Shown here: positions 20,430-28,481 of the stretch, piece after piece | Layout of the letters: every line of letters begins with the position of its first letter | How positions within the stretch are numbered: position 1 is the first letter of the stretch | From: a virus | Taxonomy: Duplodnaviria > Caudoviricetes | Strand: one strand, 5' to 3' | DNA: 58,582 bases | IMG/VR virus record: IMGVR_UViG_3300046167_000222 | Span: 1-58,582 of that record | Program-made: the position numbers and the translations under genes | The notes under the pieces: model-generated | Told to the model about the DNA's origin: nothing | The model's database searches: none | Seen by the model: only the letters and a program-made list of their open reading frames with translations

Positions 20430-20610
20430 CCTTGTGATCCTTACCGAACTTAATCATCTTAGCAACAACCTCTGGCCCGATAACTGAGATAACTTTATCA
20501 GCCTCGTAGTCATTACAGAACTCTTTGGGATGGTGAACAAGGTGTACCTTCTTCACTATAGTGCGTAGTAACTCACGCTCCTCTACCTTCAGCGTGTGCA
20601 TAAAACTCAT
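20416..20610 (-). CDS. Hypothetical protein
   Basis: 64 aa, overlaps the terL start; conserved in copy B. Confidence 0.75.
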   Translation of the reverse strand: MSFMHTLKVEERELLRTIVKKVHLVHHPKEFCNDYEADKVISVIGPEVVAKMIKFGKDHKVDQL

Positions 20611-20855
20611 GTTCTATACTTCCTTACTTTATCTCGTACCTTTTTAGGCTGGCTGACAAACTGCTTACCAGCCTTAGATCCTTTTCTTTTAGCAGCACTG
20701 GTCTTTGCGTATTCTTCCGATGATAACGCTTTGATGGCTTTCTCAGGAAGATAGCGTTCTCCGGTGGCGTTTGATCCTTGGGTGGATGGCTTACCACTCT
20801 TGGTTCTCCACTTCTGCTTGCCCCAATTCAGCAAAGATTTCTGCGGCGACTTCAA
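20607..20855 (-). CDS. Small basic protein (copy A only)
   Basis: QKSLLNW..KWRTKSGK..ERYLPEKA; Lys-rich. Confidence 0.7.
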   Translation of the reverse strand: MKSPQKSLLNWGKQKWRTKSGKPSTQGSNATGERYLPEKAIKALSSEEYAKTSAAKRKGSKAGKQFVSQPKKVRDKVRKYRT

Positions 20856-21043
20856 GAGGTGTACCCCCCACCCTTGGCTTTATAAGCTTTAGCAAGCATC
20901 TGAGCCTTACGCGCTGACCACTGACCAGAGCCACCACCTTTGTTGCCAGCCTTTATTCTATTGAATAAAGACTTGCGCATAGATGGCTTGGTGTAGTTAC
21001 CAGCCTCGTTGACTTTAGATTTTTTAGCTTCCTTGAGCTTCAT
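20852..21043 (-). CDS. Small basic protein (copy A only)
   Basis: NYTKPSMRK..GQWSARKAQMLAKAYK motif. Confidence 0.7.
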   Translation of the reverse strand: MKLKEAKKSKVNEAGNYTKPSMRKSLFNRIKAGNKGGGSGQWSARKAQMLAKAYKAKGGGYTS

Positions 21044-21111
21044 TACTTTTTCACAGGCTTCTTAGGTGGCCTGCCTTTTTTAGATCCATATGTTCCAATA
21101 CCTTTAGGCAT
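21043..21111 (-). CDS. 22-aa basic peptide MPKGIGTYGSKKGRPPKKPVKK (not in ORF track)
   Basis: RBS aaggaaaag upstream; TAATG coupling to the next gene. Confidence 0.6.
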   Translation of the reverse strand: MPKGIGTYGSKKGRPPKKPVKK

Positions 21112-21403
21112 TTGCTTTTCCTTTTTTCGCTGCGTTACGCTTGCTGATTGCTTTGCCTTTCTTCACGGCATCTGCTTTAGAAGAAGCACCCCAGACTTGT
21201 AATGATTTAAGCAGGCGTGTTGGCCTGCCCTTCTCATCACGCTCGGGTCCTTTGGCCGCGCCCATACGCTGCAAGAAACTAGCGCGGCGTGGGTTATCAC
21301 CAGACTTAACTGGTGCTTTCATGCCTGTGCCTTCACGGCCTTTAGCGTTCAAGCCGCCTTTGGGATTCTTACCAGCGGCGCGTGTCCATGCAGGGGTAGC
21401 CAT
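21104..21403 (-). CDS. Small basic protein
   Basis: GKNPKGGLNAKGR..RRASF..RM motif; conserved in copy B. Confidence 0.75.
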   Translation of the reverse strand: MATPAWTRAAGKNPKGGLNAKGREGTGMKAPVKSGDNPRRASFLQRMGAAKGPERDEKGRPTRLLKSLQVWGASSKADAVKKGKAISKRNAAKKGKANA

Positions 21404-21639
21404 TATTTCTTCTTCTTAGCTGTCCACGCCTCATTCTTTAGAGGTGTAGATTTATCATCTGCCTTCAGTTTGCCATCAGGCTTTCTAGCGCGAACGATCT
21501 CGTCACCAGCCTCAATAGGAAAGCAACGCACACTTTCACCAGTTAGCGTTTCACCTGTTTTGATTCTGCCATCAGGCATAGTGACAACAGCACCTTCATA
21601 AATGCTGCCATCAGCGAGTTTGTATTTAAGCATCAGCAC
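21403..21639 (-). CDS. Hypothetical protein
   Basis: 78 aa, ADDKSTP.NEAW motif; conserved in copy B. Confidence 0.7.
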   Translation of the reverse strand: MLMLKYKLADGSIYEGAVVTMPDGRIKTGETLTGESVRCFPIEAGDEIVRARKPDGKLKADDKSTPLKNEAWTAKKKK

Positions 21640-22135
21640 GACCTTTGCGTTTCTTTGTTACAGCCTTACGCTTCAAACGCTGTGTTGCGCTCTCGCGTTT
21701 GGCATTGCCAGATGTGATCTCTTTAGAAGACTGACCCTGATATGGGTTATTAGTTCTGCCAGCAGATGAGCCAGTGATAACTTCTTTGGGAAGCTTCAAG
21801 ACTTGTCCTACACGGATCTTGTCGGCGTTCTTAATCCCTGGATTTGCTGCCATCATTTGACGAACAGATGTGTTGTACTTCTTTGCAATCTGCGAGAGTG
21901 TGTCGCCGGAACGTACAGTTACATCTTTCTTAATTGTTTTAGGGGCAGGAGCCGCCTTCTTCTTTGCTGCCTTACGCGCTTTAGCTTTCTCAATAGCTGT
22001 CTTGCTCAGAGATGAGCCAGTAGCGGTAGCCTTGGTAGCAGCAGGCTTTGGCTTTGCTGCATTGTCCTTGGCGCGTTGACGAACAGCATCAAGCCGTTTG
22101 TTCTCTGATTTGGTCATTGAAAGAAGGGATGCCAT
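21626..22135 (-). CDS. Lys/Ala-rich LysM-domain protein
   Basis: [44 protein letters not shown] is a canonical LysM domain. Confidence 0.88.
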   Translation of the reverse strand: MASLLSMTKSENKRLDAVRQRAKDNAAKPKPAATKATATGSSLSKTAIEKAKARKAAKKKAAPAPKTIKKDVTVRSGDTLSQIAKKYNTSVRQMMAANPGIKNADKIRVGQVLKLPKEVITGSSAGRTNNPYQGQSSKEITSGNAKRESATQRLKRKAVTKKRKGRADA

Positions 22136-22917
22136 TACATTTGTCCTTGTATCTCGTTTAGCGTGGGAAGATCGTTTGTGGGTTGAGATGCATAAGAATC
22201 ATATGACTGCATCATTGATGGCACGTTCGTACCGGCTTCTGCTGAAGAAGAAAGCAAGTCGGTAAACTTTCCCCATATAACTTTGCGCTTATTTGTCATC
22301 GGGCCACGAAAGACAAACTCCTCTACGCCCTCGTCAGGCTCGTCATCAAAGTCTACATCGATGACGCTAGGTGTCTCTGGGATGTTAATGCGAACACGCA
22401 TGGCTTCTTCTTTAGAAGAACCGTCAGGGTTCTCAGGCATGAGGATGCCACCAAGGGTTCGTGCGGCAGGATACAGTCCTTTGCCTATGTCTTCTACGAA
22501 TTGGTCAAACCCACCAACAACCCCAAAGTCGTAGGTGTCGAAGATCTGTATGCCACCATCTTGCTTGGTAACACCAAAGTCTCCGAGAGTTGTGCGGATC
22601 TGCTCGCCAATAGTTTCGATGGCATACTTATCTTCCTTGTCGAAGATACTACCCTCGTTAAAAAAATCTTGAACCATTTTATAGTTAAGACCTACAACGT
22701 CACCCTCTTTTAGATCGGGATTTGTAGCGTTCACGATGAGGCGAAGTGCTTCTAAAAACTCTCCACTGACATGATCCTCTGTCATGGTGCTTGCTTCTGC
22801 ATCAGGGAACAAAGCCATGTTCGCAGAGTTCATTACGCCACGAAGATAGAAGTTCATGTGCTGCGGTAGGTTCGTCAGCAATTGATCAAATTGTACAGCG
22901 TTTGGAATAAGAGACAT
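22135..22917 (-). CDS. Acidic hypothetical protein
   Basis: 260-aa ORF conserved in copy B. Confidence 0.75.
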   Translation of the reverse strand: MSLIPNAVQFDQLLTNLPQHMNFYLRGVMNSANMALFPDAEASTMTEDHVSGEFLEALRLIVNATNPDLKEGDVVGLNYKMVQDFFNEGSIFDKEDKYAIETIGEQIRTTLGDFGVTKQDGGIQIFDTYDFGVVGGFDQFVEDIGKGLYPAARTLGGILMPENPDGSSKEEAMRVRINIPETPSVIDVDFDDEPDEGVEEFVFRGPMTNKRKVIWGKFTDLLSSSAEAGTNVPSMMQSYDSYASQPTNDLPTLNEIQGQM

Positions 22918-22948
22918 GCTGCAATATGGCAGCTACATATCTAAATGC

Positions 22949-23113
22949 TCAACGCACAATTCTTTCGCGCATCCACAGGAAAAAAAATAAAACGATTAAT
23001 GCAGGCTGAAGGAACACGAATAGGATCAAGTTCCATGCTTCATAAGATATGCCGCTGATGCTTTCCAGCCAGTAAATGGCATTAACACACCACATGAACA
23101 ACCAATCAATCAT
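22949..23113 (-). CDS. 54-aa membrane protein
   Basis: Start MIDWLF with RBS aggag; GISYEAWNLILFV; conserved in copy B. Confidence 0.7.
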   Translation of the reverse strand: MIDWLFMWCVNAIYWLESISGISYEAWNLILFVFLQPALIVLFFFLWMRERIVR

Positions 23114-23323
23114 GCGCTTCTCCTTTGCTGCATTAATGCTACCGAACCTTTGTGGCAATAATGTGAGAAGGGGGCGGGTTCGAGGGGGGTAGGCACCGGT
23201 TTTTAACCCCCCCCCACCTCTCGTTGATTAATACCGCTGTTCGATCTGCGGAGAAGCCATGCGATCTAGGATCGGGGCTTCGACCACTAGGTAAGTGCGA
23301 GGCAACGTCTCGCTCAATGTCCG

Positions 23324-23701
23324 CTAGGACAAGTCGATGGTAACAGAGACTTCACCAGCGTGCAGGTGCATGTGTCGATCGGGAGCCTTAAAGCCAGACC
23401 GATCTAGTATATCCTTGCTCGCCTCTAGCTGCACATACTCGCTCTTGGCTCCCCGAGCGAGCTGCACCAACTTGGCGGCGGCAACTGTAGCATTAAGCCC
23501 CAATGCCTCACCCACACACCGCATCATATACTCCTGCACATGCGGTAGCCGCAAAGTCTTGCTGGCTGTCACTCTCCCGCTATCACCAGCAGCGTAGCCC
23601 GCCTTAACAGCGGCCTCTGTTATGCTACAGCCTGTTGCTACAAGGTTATCAACCAAGGCCGTCTGTTTGGCGGTCAAGCCGGTCTTAACTGCATTACTCA
23701 T
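23324..23701 (-). CDS. terS: Terminase small subunit
   Basis: LTAKQ..ITEAAVKAGY N-terminal HTH and ASKDILDRSG motifs; first gene of the late strand. Confidence 0.75.
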   Translation of the reverse strand: MSNAVKTGLTAKQTALVDNLVATGCSITEAAVKAGYAAGDSGRVTASKTLRLPHVQEYMMRCVGEALGLNATVAAAKLVQLARGAKSEYVQLEASKDILDRSGFKAPDRHMHLHAGEVSVTIDLS

Positions 23702-23825
23702 ATGTATACCTCAAGAAGAACCCCCCCTTGTGTTCCCCCCCATGTTTCCCCCTTTTGGCACTACCTCGTCAACGCACAATACCGATCTAAGGATCCACTG
23801 CATCCCCACTTAGAACGCCTCGCAC

Positions 23826-24140
23826 ATAGCAGGCACCGCAGCCCGAAGGGGGGCTGCTATATCTGCGAGGGTAGGCCCGCCCTTGCGCGTATTCCCTTGC
23901 CAAGCATAGCTTGGGGGAATCCGGCAAGCCGACCAACGCCTACCCTACCCTCGCAGATATTGCCTGCTCTGGCGTGGAATATGAACCACAAGAATACACA
24001 ACCACCGTGGGAGGGGGTGGCATCCCCCTCTCGTCAAGCAGAAACGCGCAGCCCTTGGCTGGGCGGTTTCCGCTGGACGATTCACCCCCCGCTCTCGCCG
24101 AGAGGCAAGAGAAGAAACACGGGGTGTTTTTCTCATGCCC
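23826..24140. ncRNA. Densely base-paired non-coding element (candidate ncRNA, leader or ssDNA structure)
   Basis: Perfect 17-bp inverted repeat 23859-23875/23944-23960 nested in an 8-bp stem, plus at least six further hairpins. Confidence 0.5.
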
Positions 24141-24173
24141 TATTATGTAACCAACTTTATGGAGTATATCACT

Positions 24174-24692
24174 ATGACTAAGATTTTTGACGCTAACAAA
24201 ACTATCATTTCAAACTGGAATATCGAAGCCCTTGACGATGAAAGCCGCCGCATCAATCCAGCCAGCGGAGAGGAAAACCAGTATTTCAATATTGGTACAT
24301 TCTACCAGCTTGGCAGCCGGTGCGACCAATCAGCATTCAATCTTGAGAGCAGCAAAGAACGCTTTGACACTGCGCAAGCCGCAGCCGACCAAGAACTAGA
24401 AATCAATGGCAACACCAGCGCAAAGTTTTTGCAACTGGCGCAGCGACTAGCACAGTCAGAGGCACACTATGAGAACGCAAAAATGCTCTATGATCTGGAC
24501 GTTGACTTGTTCAATTCAATATCCGGCTTCACATGGCAGCTTGGAGCCAAGATCAAAGGCGACTACTACGGTCGCAAATGGTACCAGCAGCAGAAGGAAG
24601 CACGCCAAGCACGCCGCATCCTTGCACCGAAGGCACCGACCGAAGCCGAGGTCGCAGCGAGACGCGCCGAGATGTTAAAGCGCAGCGCATAA
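24174..24692 (+). CDS. Orphan 172-aa protein
   Basis: RBS ggag at 24161, ATG at 24174, followed by its own terminator. Confidence 0.8.
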   Translation: MTKIFDANKTIISNWNIEALDDESRRINPASGEENQYFNIGTFYQLGSRCDQSAFNLESSKERFDTAQAAADQELEINGNTSAKFLQLAQRLAQSEAHYENAKMLYDLDVDLFNSISGFTWQLGAKIKGDYYGRKWYQQQKEARQARRILAPKAPTEAEVAARRAEMLKRSA

Positions 24693-24711
24693 CATCACCA
24701 GCAACGAGCAA

Positions 24712-24737
24712 GCCCCGCCATTTGGCGGGGTTTTTTT
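24712..24737 (+). terminator. Intrinsic terminator
   Basis: ccccgcc-attt-ggcgggg followed by T7. Confidence 0.85.
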
Positions 24738-24936
24738 GTGCCTCAAAAAAAAAATCGGCTCGCTCCGCTCGCATCTTCCTCCCTTAGTAGCTAGCGAAAC
24801 GCCAGCCATCCGCCCAGCCGCAAGGCCGGGCGGACTCCCCCACCCCCCACTGTGTTCCGGCACGAAGCGCAGAAAACTACCGTGATTTTTCCCTAAACAT
24901 TTATGCATTTATTCCCCGCTTTCCCCATATTATTCT

Positions 24937-24967
24937 TTGCATTGCTGCATTAATGCAGTAACATAAT
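24937..24967 (+). promoter_or_regulatory. Putative early promoter overlapped by TGCATTAATGCA (24946-24957)
   Basis: TTGCAT and TAACAT/CATAAT hexamers around the palindrome, then RBS aaggagg. Confidence 0.5.
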
Positions 24968-24985
24968 CAGATCAAGGAGGCATTG

Positions 24986-25096
24986 ATGATTGAATTTTTA
25001 ATAGCAGCATCATTCGTAGTCGGCACGTTCGGCTTCACTCTTTTCTTAATCCAAATGATTGAGGAGGTCATTAAGCATGTCAAAAAATATCTGTAA
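24986..25096 (+). CDS. 36-aa hydrophobic peptide (not in ORF track)
   Basis: RBS aaggagg; MIEFLIAASFVVGTFGFTLFLIQMIEEVIKHVKKYL. Confidence 0.6.
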   Translation: MIEFLIAASFVVGTFGFTLFLIQMIEEVIKHVKKYL

Positions 25097-25271
25097 ATAT
25101 TGCCATGACAAAGACGATGGCTGGGTCAGAGAGGATGACGGCTATGGCGGTCTTCAATGGACGCACTGCGTGTGCATGCCAACGCTTCCTGTCAGTGATG
25201 GTCAACCAACTTGGGAACAAGAATGGTCTGACTTTGGTGAGGTCTATGACGATGAGCCTCAATATATTTAA
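25077..25271 (+). CDS. Small Cys-containing early protein
   Basis: RBS gaggagg; CKYC..CVC and PTWEQEWSDFGEVY. Confidence 0.65.
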   Translation: MSKNICKYCHDKDDGWVREDDGYGGLQWTHCVCMPTLPVSDGQPTWEQEWSDFGEVYDDEPQYI

Positions 25272-25285
25272 GGAGACAAACAACC

Positions 25286-25525
25286 ATGACTAATCTGTTT
25301 GAACAAACACATCTCGATTTCATATCAGATGTGCTGGCACCGATGTCAGAATACCCCACTCATATCGTGGCAATGGTTAATAAAATCTGTGATGCCAACC
25401 CTGATATGGATCGTGAAAAATTCTTGGCTCGCGCTGTCTCTGCATGGGAGGGAGCGCAGCTTGATCGCATGCAGTCAGAGCATGATGACTATGAAATGTC
25501 CACCAAAATTTGGAGCGCAATGTAA
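25286..25525 (+). CDS. Hypothetical early protein
   Basis: RBS aaggag; NPDMDREKFL motif. Confidence 0.7.
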   Translation: MTNLFEQTHLDFISDVLAPMSEYPTHIVAMVNKICDANPDMDREKFLARAVSAWEGAQLDRMQSEHDDYEMSTKIWSAM

Positions 25526-26364
25526 TGTCTAAATATGATGAAGTCACCAAGCAGATCACTGCTCAACTCAAGTCAGGCACCAAGCCTTGGATCAAACCAT
25601 TCAATGGCAGCGGCAGCTTCATGCCAACCCGCACCACTGGTCAATATTATCGTGGCATCAACGTGCTGCTGCTGTGGTTACAACAGCGCAGCGCACCGAT
25701 GTGGATGACATATCGGCAGGCTGCTGCTTTGGGTGGACAGGTACGCAAGGGTGAGAAAGGCACCACTATTTGTTACAGCGCACCGCAACAAAAGAAAGAC
25801 AGTGACGAAACCTATCAGGTTATGAAGTGGTACTCTGTATTCAACTGCGATCAGATCGATGGCTTGCCTGACCAATACTATCCAACGGTCACTGGCTTTG
25901 CCAACCCTGACAAGCAGATACCATCAGTCAATGCATTCTTCTCTAACACCAGCGCAGAACTCAAGCATGGCAGCAAGACAGGTGCATTCTATATGCCTAG
26001 TCAAGACCGCATTGAAATGCCTGACTTCGATCAGTTCCGATCCGGGCTAGATTATTATTCAACGCTGGCACATGAGCATGTCCATTGGACAGGCCACAAG
26101 TCACGCCTTGATCGCAGCATGTCACCAAAGAAACGAGAGTATGCCTTTGAGGAATTGATAGCGGAGATGGGAGCCGCATTCCTCATGGCTCACCTCGGAC
26201 TAGAGCCATCAGTCAGGCCAGATCATACTGACTATCTAGCCAACTGGCTTGAGGCTCTTGGCAGTGACAGCAAATTTATATTCCAAGCTGCAAGCGCAGC
26301 ATCAAAGGCTGTTGATTACATGATCGACAAGCAGCCATCAATTCAGACATGGGAGGCAGCATAA
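25525..26364 (+). CDS. ardC: ArdC-family antirestriction protein (ssDNA-binding domain + zincin-like domain)
   Basis: PWIKP, YRGIN, WMTYRQA..LGGQVRKGEKG, VFNCDQ, AHEHVHWTGH..RLDR and YAFEELIAE motifs. Confidence 0.88.
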   Translation: MSKYDEVTKQITAQLKSGTKPWIKPFNGSGSFMPTRTTGQYYRGINVLLLWLQQRSAPMWMTYRQAAALGGQVRKGEKGTTICYSAPQQKKDSDETYQVMKWYSVFNCDQIDGLPDQYYPTVTGFANPDKQIPSVNAFFSNTSAELKHGSKTGAFYMPSQDRIEMPDFDQFRSGLDYYSTLAHEHVHWTGHKSRLDRSMSPKKREYAFEELIAEMGAAFLMAHLGLEPSVRPDHTDYLANWLEALGSDSKFIFQAASAASKAVDYMIDKQPSIQTWEAA

Positions 26365-26561
26365 TGATGAATAAGAATGAATGGACACCATTCGATGCTG
26401 TGTATAATACCACCGAGCAGCGCCAGCCCACATATAGCTGGGCGCAATCGGTGGATATCATTAACAAGGTTGTTCACGCATCGCTTGATGAATGCATGTT
26501 GTCAGATAACGACAGGCAAATGATTATCTCTGCTTGGTCTACAATACTGCGAGGTGTGTAA
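26364..26561 (+). CDS. Hypothetical protein
   Basis: TAATG coupling to neighbours; RBS ggagg. Confidence 0.65.
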   Translation: MMNKNEWTPFDAVYNTTEQRQPTYSWAQSVDIINKVVHASLDECMLSDNDRQMIISAWSTILRGV

Positions 26562-26863
26562 TGTTAACTGATCCTTTAGATAATATTATCTCTAATGTGT
26601 CAGATATAACTGGCGTTAGATTGCATGAACTTATGTCAAGCAGAAAAGAACAAGGCATAGTGGATGCTAAACAAATCTATGTATATCTAGCAGTGGAAAC
26701 CACAAGCAAAAGCTATGTCCAAATAGCAAAAGCTATATCAAAAGATCATACAACGGTTATGCATGCATATAAAAAAGCTAAGTATAAAGTTGATGTTGAT
26801 ATGAGGTGGCTCACAAAATTGCGCAGAACTGTAAAGCAAATGGGCTTACAATTAATCGTCTAG
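26561..26863 (+). CDS. DnaA C-terminal-like HTH protein
   Basis: SYVQIAKAISKDHTTVMHA matches the DnaA domain IV signature. Confidence 0.75.
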   Translation: MLTDPLDNIISNVSDITGVRLHELMSSRKEQGIVDAKQIYVYLAVETTSKSYVQIAKAISKDHTTVMHAYKKAKYKVDVDMRWLTKLRRTVKQMGLQLIV

Positions 26864-27409
26864 GTTCTTAACAATCTGAACCACCCTACCAATGATCCGC
26901 ACATCAGCAAGCCTGACTGTGCGGTTCATTCTTGATTGATACACAGAGTTAATGCCTTCAATCTTTTTACCCATTTGTAATCGGTCTTCATAAAAAAACA
27001 GAACTACATTGCTGCTTTCAAATTTCTTTTGCTTTCGTGCGACTACAATATCATTTAGATGTACGCCATAGGTTGGTGAATCTCTATTATATTTATACGC
27101 AACAATTTCGCCGGTTAAATTATACACAGTCACCTGCCCTATATCTTTTTCAAGGTGATCCTTCAGCGTGATCGTTCTTGAAGCCGCATCCAATGTTGCG
27201 TTCTGTGATAGTTGAGGTGCTGATCCCGCCACATGGCTAAGCTTACCTATTGTCTTGGACGATGGCACAAACTTACCACCGTTCAGGAATCTTGTTATGT
27301 TGGTCGGGCTTGTACCCGCCATGGTTGCCCACTTATTAGCTGACCATTCGCGTGTCTGCATAATGGATCTCATCCACACACGGATTGCTTTAGCTTCGTA
27401 GTCTTCCAT
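26852..27409 (-). CDS. CI-like repressor (HTH + S24-like C-terminal domain)
   Basis: WSANKWATMAGTSPTNITRFLNG HTH and C-terminal IIGRVV; divergent from a Cro-like gene; RBS gaggag before ATG 27409. Confidence 0.7.
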   Translation of the reverse strand: MEDYEAKAIRVWMRSIMQTREWSANKWATMAGTSPTNITRFLNGGKFVPSSKTIGKLSHVAGSAPQLSQNATLDAASRTITLKDHLEKDIGQVTVYNLTGEIVAYKYNRDSPTYGVHLNDIVVARKQKKFESSNVVLFFYEDRLQMGKKIEGINSVYQSRMNRTVRLADVRIIGRVVQIVKNLDD

Positions 27410-27426
27410 CTCCTCGATACCTCCTA

Positions 27427-27517
27427 CTGTATTAATACAGCATGAAACATCAACCGTCATTAGAGCTTAATGCAGTATTGCATTACTTACCCTATTGCGC
27501 AAGCCTGCATAAATGCA
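27427..27517. promoter_or_regulatory. Immunity region with three operator-like palindromes
   Basis: CTGTATTAATACAG 27427-27440, TGCAGTATTGCA 27471-27482, TGCATAAATGCA 27506-27517. Confidence 0.7.
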
Positions 27518-27531
27518 GTAGATTAATTACC

Positions 27532-27732
27532 ATGTTGAGTTATATATCACAGTTAGAAGCAGCGGCAAGCGCAGCAAATGTAACAGTATTACAGGCGTTT
27601 AGGATGTCTGGTGTACCTACCAGCACATACTATCGAACTATCGCTGGGAAAGATTTGCGTTTATCGACTGCCGAAAAGGTACTGAATGCGATCAGAGTTC
27701 ACGCATTACAGCAAACCCAAGGCAATCAGTAA
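27532..27732 (+). CDS. Cro-like HTH protein
   Basis: AFRMSGVPTSTYYRTIAG.DLRLSTA; divergent from the repressor. Confidence 0.7.
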   Translation: MLSYISQLEAAASAANVTVLQAFRMSGVPTSTYYRTIAGKDLRLSTAEKVLNAIRVHALQQTQGNQ

Positions 27733-27931
27733 CAATTGGGAGCAATTAGTTACTGGCTTGGTGTCACTGCGCCATGACCGAGGCTGGTCACAAGAAGAAT
27801 TAGCTGATCGTATTGGCTGCGCGTCTTCACTTGTTCACAAGTGGGAGCAATACAAGAGAGTGCCATCTAATTTTCTTTTAATCTGTTGGATGGATGCACT
27901 TGAAGCGCAAGTCGAAATCAAAACCAGATAA
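27686..27931 (+). CDS. XRE-family HTH protein
   Basis: LRHDRGWSQEELADRIGCASSLVHKWEQYKRVP. Confidence 0.85.
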   Translation: MRSEFTHYSKPKAISNNWEQLVTGLVSLRHDRGWSQEELADRIGCASSLVHKWEQYKRVPSNFLLICWMDALEAQVEIKTR

Positions 27932-28196
27932 GACAGGCCACTCGCAAAAGTGCCAAGGCTGCGGTGACATCACACCTTGGTATGTAATCTATGGGCATGG
28001 GGTGTTGGTCTGCGTCTCATGCCATGAGGAAAAACGATGGCAACATCTCAGCGCAATAAAGGAAACTACCACGAAAAATGGTGGGTCGAATGGCTATCAT
28101 CGTTCGGTGCCAAAGCGAAAAGGCAACCTCTCTCAGGACAGTTGGGTGGAGAGTTTAGCGGAGACATCCGCATCGAAACCAAAGCCGGAGTTCTGA
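27894..28196 (+). CDS. Possible Zn-finger protein
   Basis: CQGC..CVSC; extensively overlaps the next gene. Confidence 0.4.
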   Translation: MHLKRKSKSKPDKTGHSQKCQGCGDITPWYVIYGHGVLVCVSCHEEKRWQHLSAIKETTTKNGGSNGYHRSVPKRKGNLSQDSWVESLAETSASKPKPEF

Positions 28197-28378
28197 TAGC
28201 CGAGAGCAAGTACCAAGCCACAGGTCGTGGCTTCAGCTTCCTATCCAAGACACACAAAGAACAAGAGGCTGACATCTATTTGCTCAAGCAAAAGAGTGGG
28301 CCGAACTTTATATGCATTGAAGCCAGCAACCCTATTGCTGGAAAGATTATCGGCTGGCTATCAAGGAGGGACAAATAG
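28037..28378 (+). CDS. Holliday-junction-resolvase-like PD-(D/E)XK nuclease
   Basis: KGNYHE, RQPLSG, GDI, AESK motifs. Confidence 0.7.
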   Translation: MATSQRNKGNYHEKWWVEWLSSFGAKAKRQPLSGQLGGEFSGDIRIETKAGVLIAESKYQATGRGFSFLSKTHKEQEADIYLLKQKSGPNFICIEASNPIAGKIIGWLSRRDK

Positions 28379-28481
28379 CCAGCCGACTTCACTATTAGCG
28401 GCGATGGGAGACTAGCAAGCCGCAATTCATAGTGCATTAAAGCTTTGCTTCATGTCAAATATATATTAGACTGGTGCATAT

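Noticed and set aside
23702-24181. 159-aa ORF over the structured region
   Set aside because: Pro/Arg-rich composition, no clear RBS, and explained by GC-rich inverted repeats; likely non-coding.
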